Source: Octopus sinensis (Eukaryota). Taken from it: a stretch of DNA of 64,000 nt. The stretch covers positions 868,001 to 932,000 of the forward strand of contig NC_043001.1 of the NCBI RefSeq assembly GCF_006345805.1, written 5' to 3'. The notes below the pieces were generated by a model. That model searched no databases. It worked only from the letters and a program-made list of their open reading frames with translations, and was not told the origin of the DNA. Every line of letters begins with the position of its first letter. Position 1 is the first letter of the stretch. The translations under genes were made by a program, and so were the position numbers. Shown one piece after another: positions 62,701 through 64,000 of the stretch.

Positions 62701-63859
62701 CTTTGATCACGGTATTGATTGGATCAGAATTGATCTGAGAAACATCAACAACAACAACAACAAGGACACATACGATGACAACAACAGTAGCAATGATGAT
62801 GACAGTGAGATGAGAAAAAACAGAAAATTTCAAAGACCTCAATAAATAACTAGAAATCTATAAGAGAACTTCATAAGAGAATGTGGGAAGCAACAGTTTG
62901 GCTCTGGTTGGATGTTATTGATAAAGCAGAACAGAGCAGAGACTTGATGTAACAGCCGCTTGCCTGTCGGTGGTTTTGTTTAGCTTTTGGGAATAAAAAG
63001 TAAGAAAGAGGATTAAAATAGTTTAACTGATCAAATTTGGTAACTGGCACTTCAGAGACCAAACAGTTAACTTTACAGAGATGTTCAAAATGTCTCTGAC
63101 ATTACGATTCAATCGTTAGAATTAGTTCTAATATGACTGTACTACAAAGTAACTGGTTCTTCAAGAAGTTGAGGATTTATTAGAGATTCAGATAACTGAG
63201 ACATTTGGGGTTAATTCAATCATTTAGAGCAGCATTTTTTGACCAGGGTTCCCTCGAATCTTATGGTTCCACAAGAGGTTCCTAGGGTTTCTGCGAGAAA
63301 GAGTGAGATAAACTAATGCTAATTTTATGATCATAATATTACTATACATGCACAACATATCATTGTAATATTGTAATATAGACATCATCCAATCTAACCA
63401 ATTATGTTATCAAAAGAATATAACAACCATTGGGTTTGGACACCCTATATATATATATATATATATACAAGCAAAACACCCCCTGTCCAATGGACGGTGC
63501 TGAGTTGTCAAACATTTAAACCAAATTTTCTCAAAATAACTTGTCCGACCGTCCCATAGGCCTCCCCTTTGAGAAACACACTGATATAACCCAAATTTGA
63601 AACACCAGCAAAAGAAGAAATAAAGATTTTTTTCTATTCCAAAGAAATAGAAAAAAAATTTTATTCACACAAATATGCAACCGAAGAGTTTAAAGTACCA
63701 GTAATGATAAAGCTGTTGACTGGGAGAACACAAACATGGTTTAAATAGTAAGCTTGGCAGGAAAGAAACGTGCCTTTAAGTAGTACAAAGACAACAAAAA
63801 ATGGAAGGTGCAGTTATGTACAGGTTGACAGAAGAAAACCAGGACAAAAACAGCTTTAT

Positions 63860-64000
63860 CGATCGCATTCTCACCTGGAATCGATTTTTGTAATTTTTTT
63901 CAAGATTTATACATGCCCTGATACCATTGGTATCTACATATCAAATTTAAGCGTCATCGGATGGAGGATGCCTGAGATCCTAGAAGACACACACACAGAC
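63860..64000 (+). mobile_element. possible Helentron/DINE-like non-autonomous element (runs off window)
   Basis: Sequence catatcaaatttaagcgtcatcggatgg...gagatcctagaagacacacacacagac resembles the 'aaattt..atcgg...gacagac' core of such elements. The assignment is from memory. Confidence 0.3.

Overview
AT-rich, microsatellite-saturated animal DNA. The (TA)n/(CA)n/(ATT)n/(GAT)n density and the repeat types suggest a coleoid cephalopod, probably Octopus; this is inference, not a database match. There are no rRNA, functional tRNA or CRISPR loci, and I could not reconstruct an intact host gene. Most ORFs in the supplied track are microsatellite read-through or antisense to transposons. The window is mainly decayed transposons: RTE, R4/Dong-like, CR1-like and Penelope-like retroelements, a Gypsy integrase fragment, a mariner, a Helitron, MITEs and two tRNA-derived SINE families. 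The strongest oddities are: (1) a Penelope element whose 3' region carries a tRNA-like Pol III head, then (TAA)n, then a minimal hammerhead-ribozyme core, with an inverted copy of its end at the 5' truncation (50.16-51.33 kb); (2) a near-complete type I hammerhead at the tip of a ~180-bp foldback (20.3-20.5 kb); (3) a CCAAT-E2F-CHR cell-cycle promoter signature in a CpG-rich patch (29.6 kb, minus strand); (4) an RTE tail encoding three tandem C2H2 fingers; (5) a 400-bp palindrome and its collapsed sibling; (6) R4/Dong-like LINEs sitting in (TAA)n tracts, one shared with a SINE tail. A few isolated exon candidates are listed at low confidence. Translations outside the ORF track were done by hand, so boundaries are approximate.
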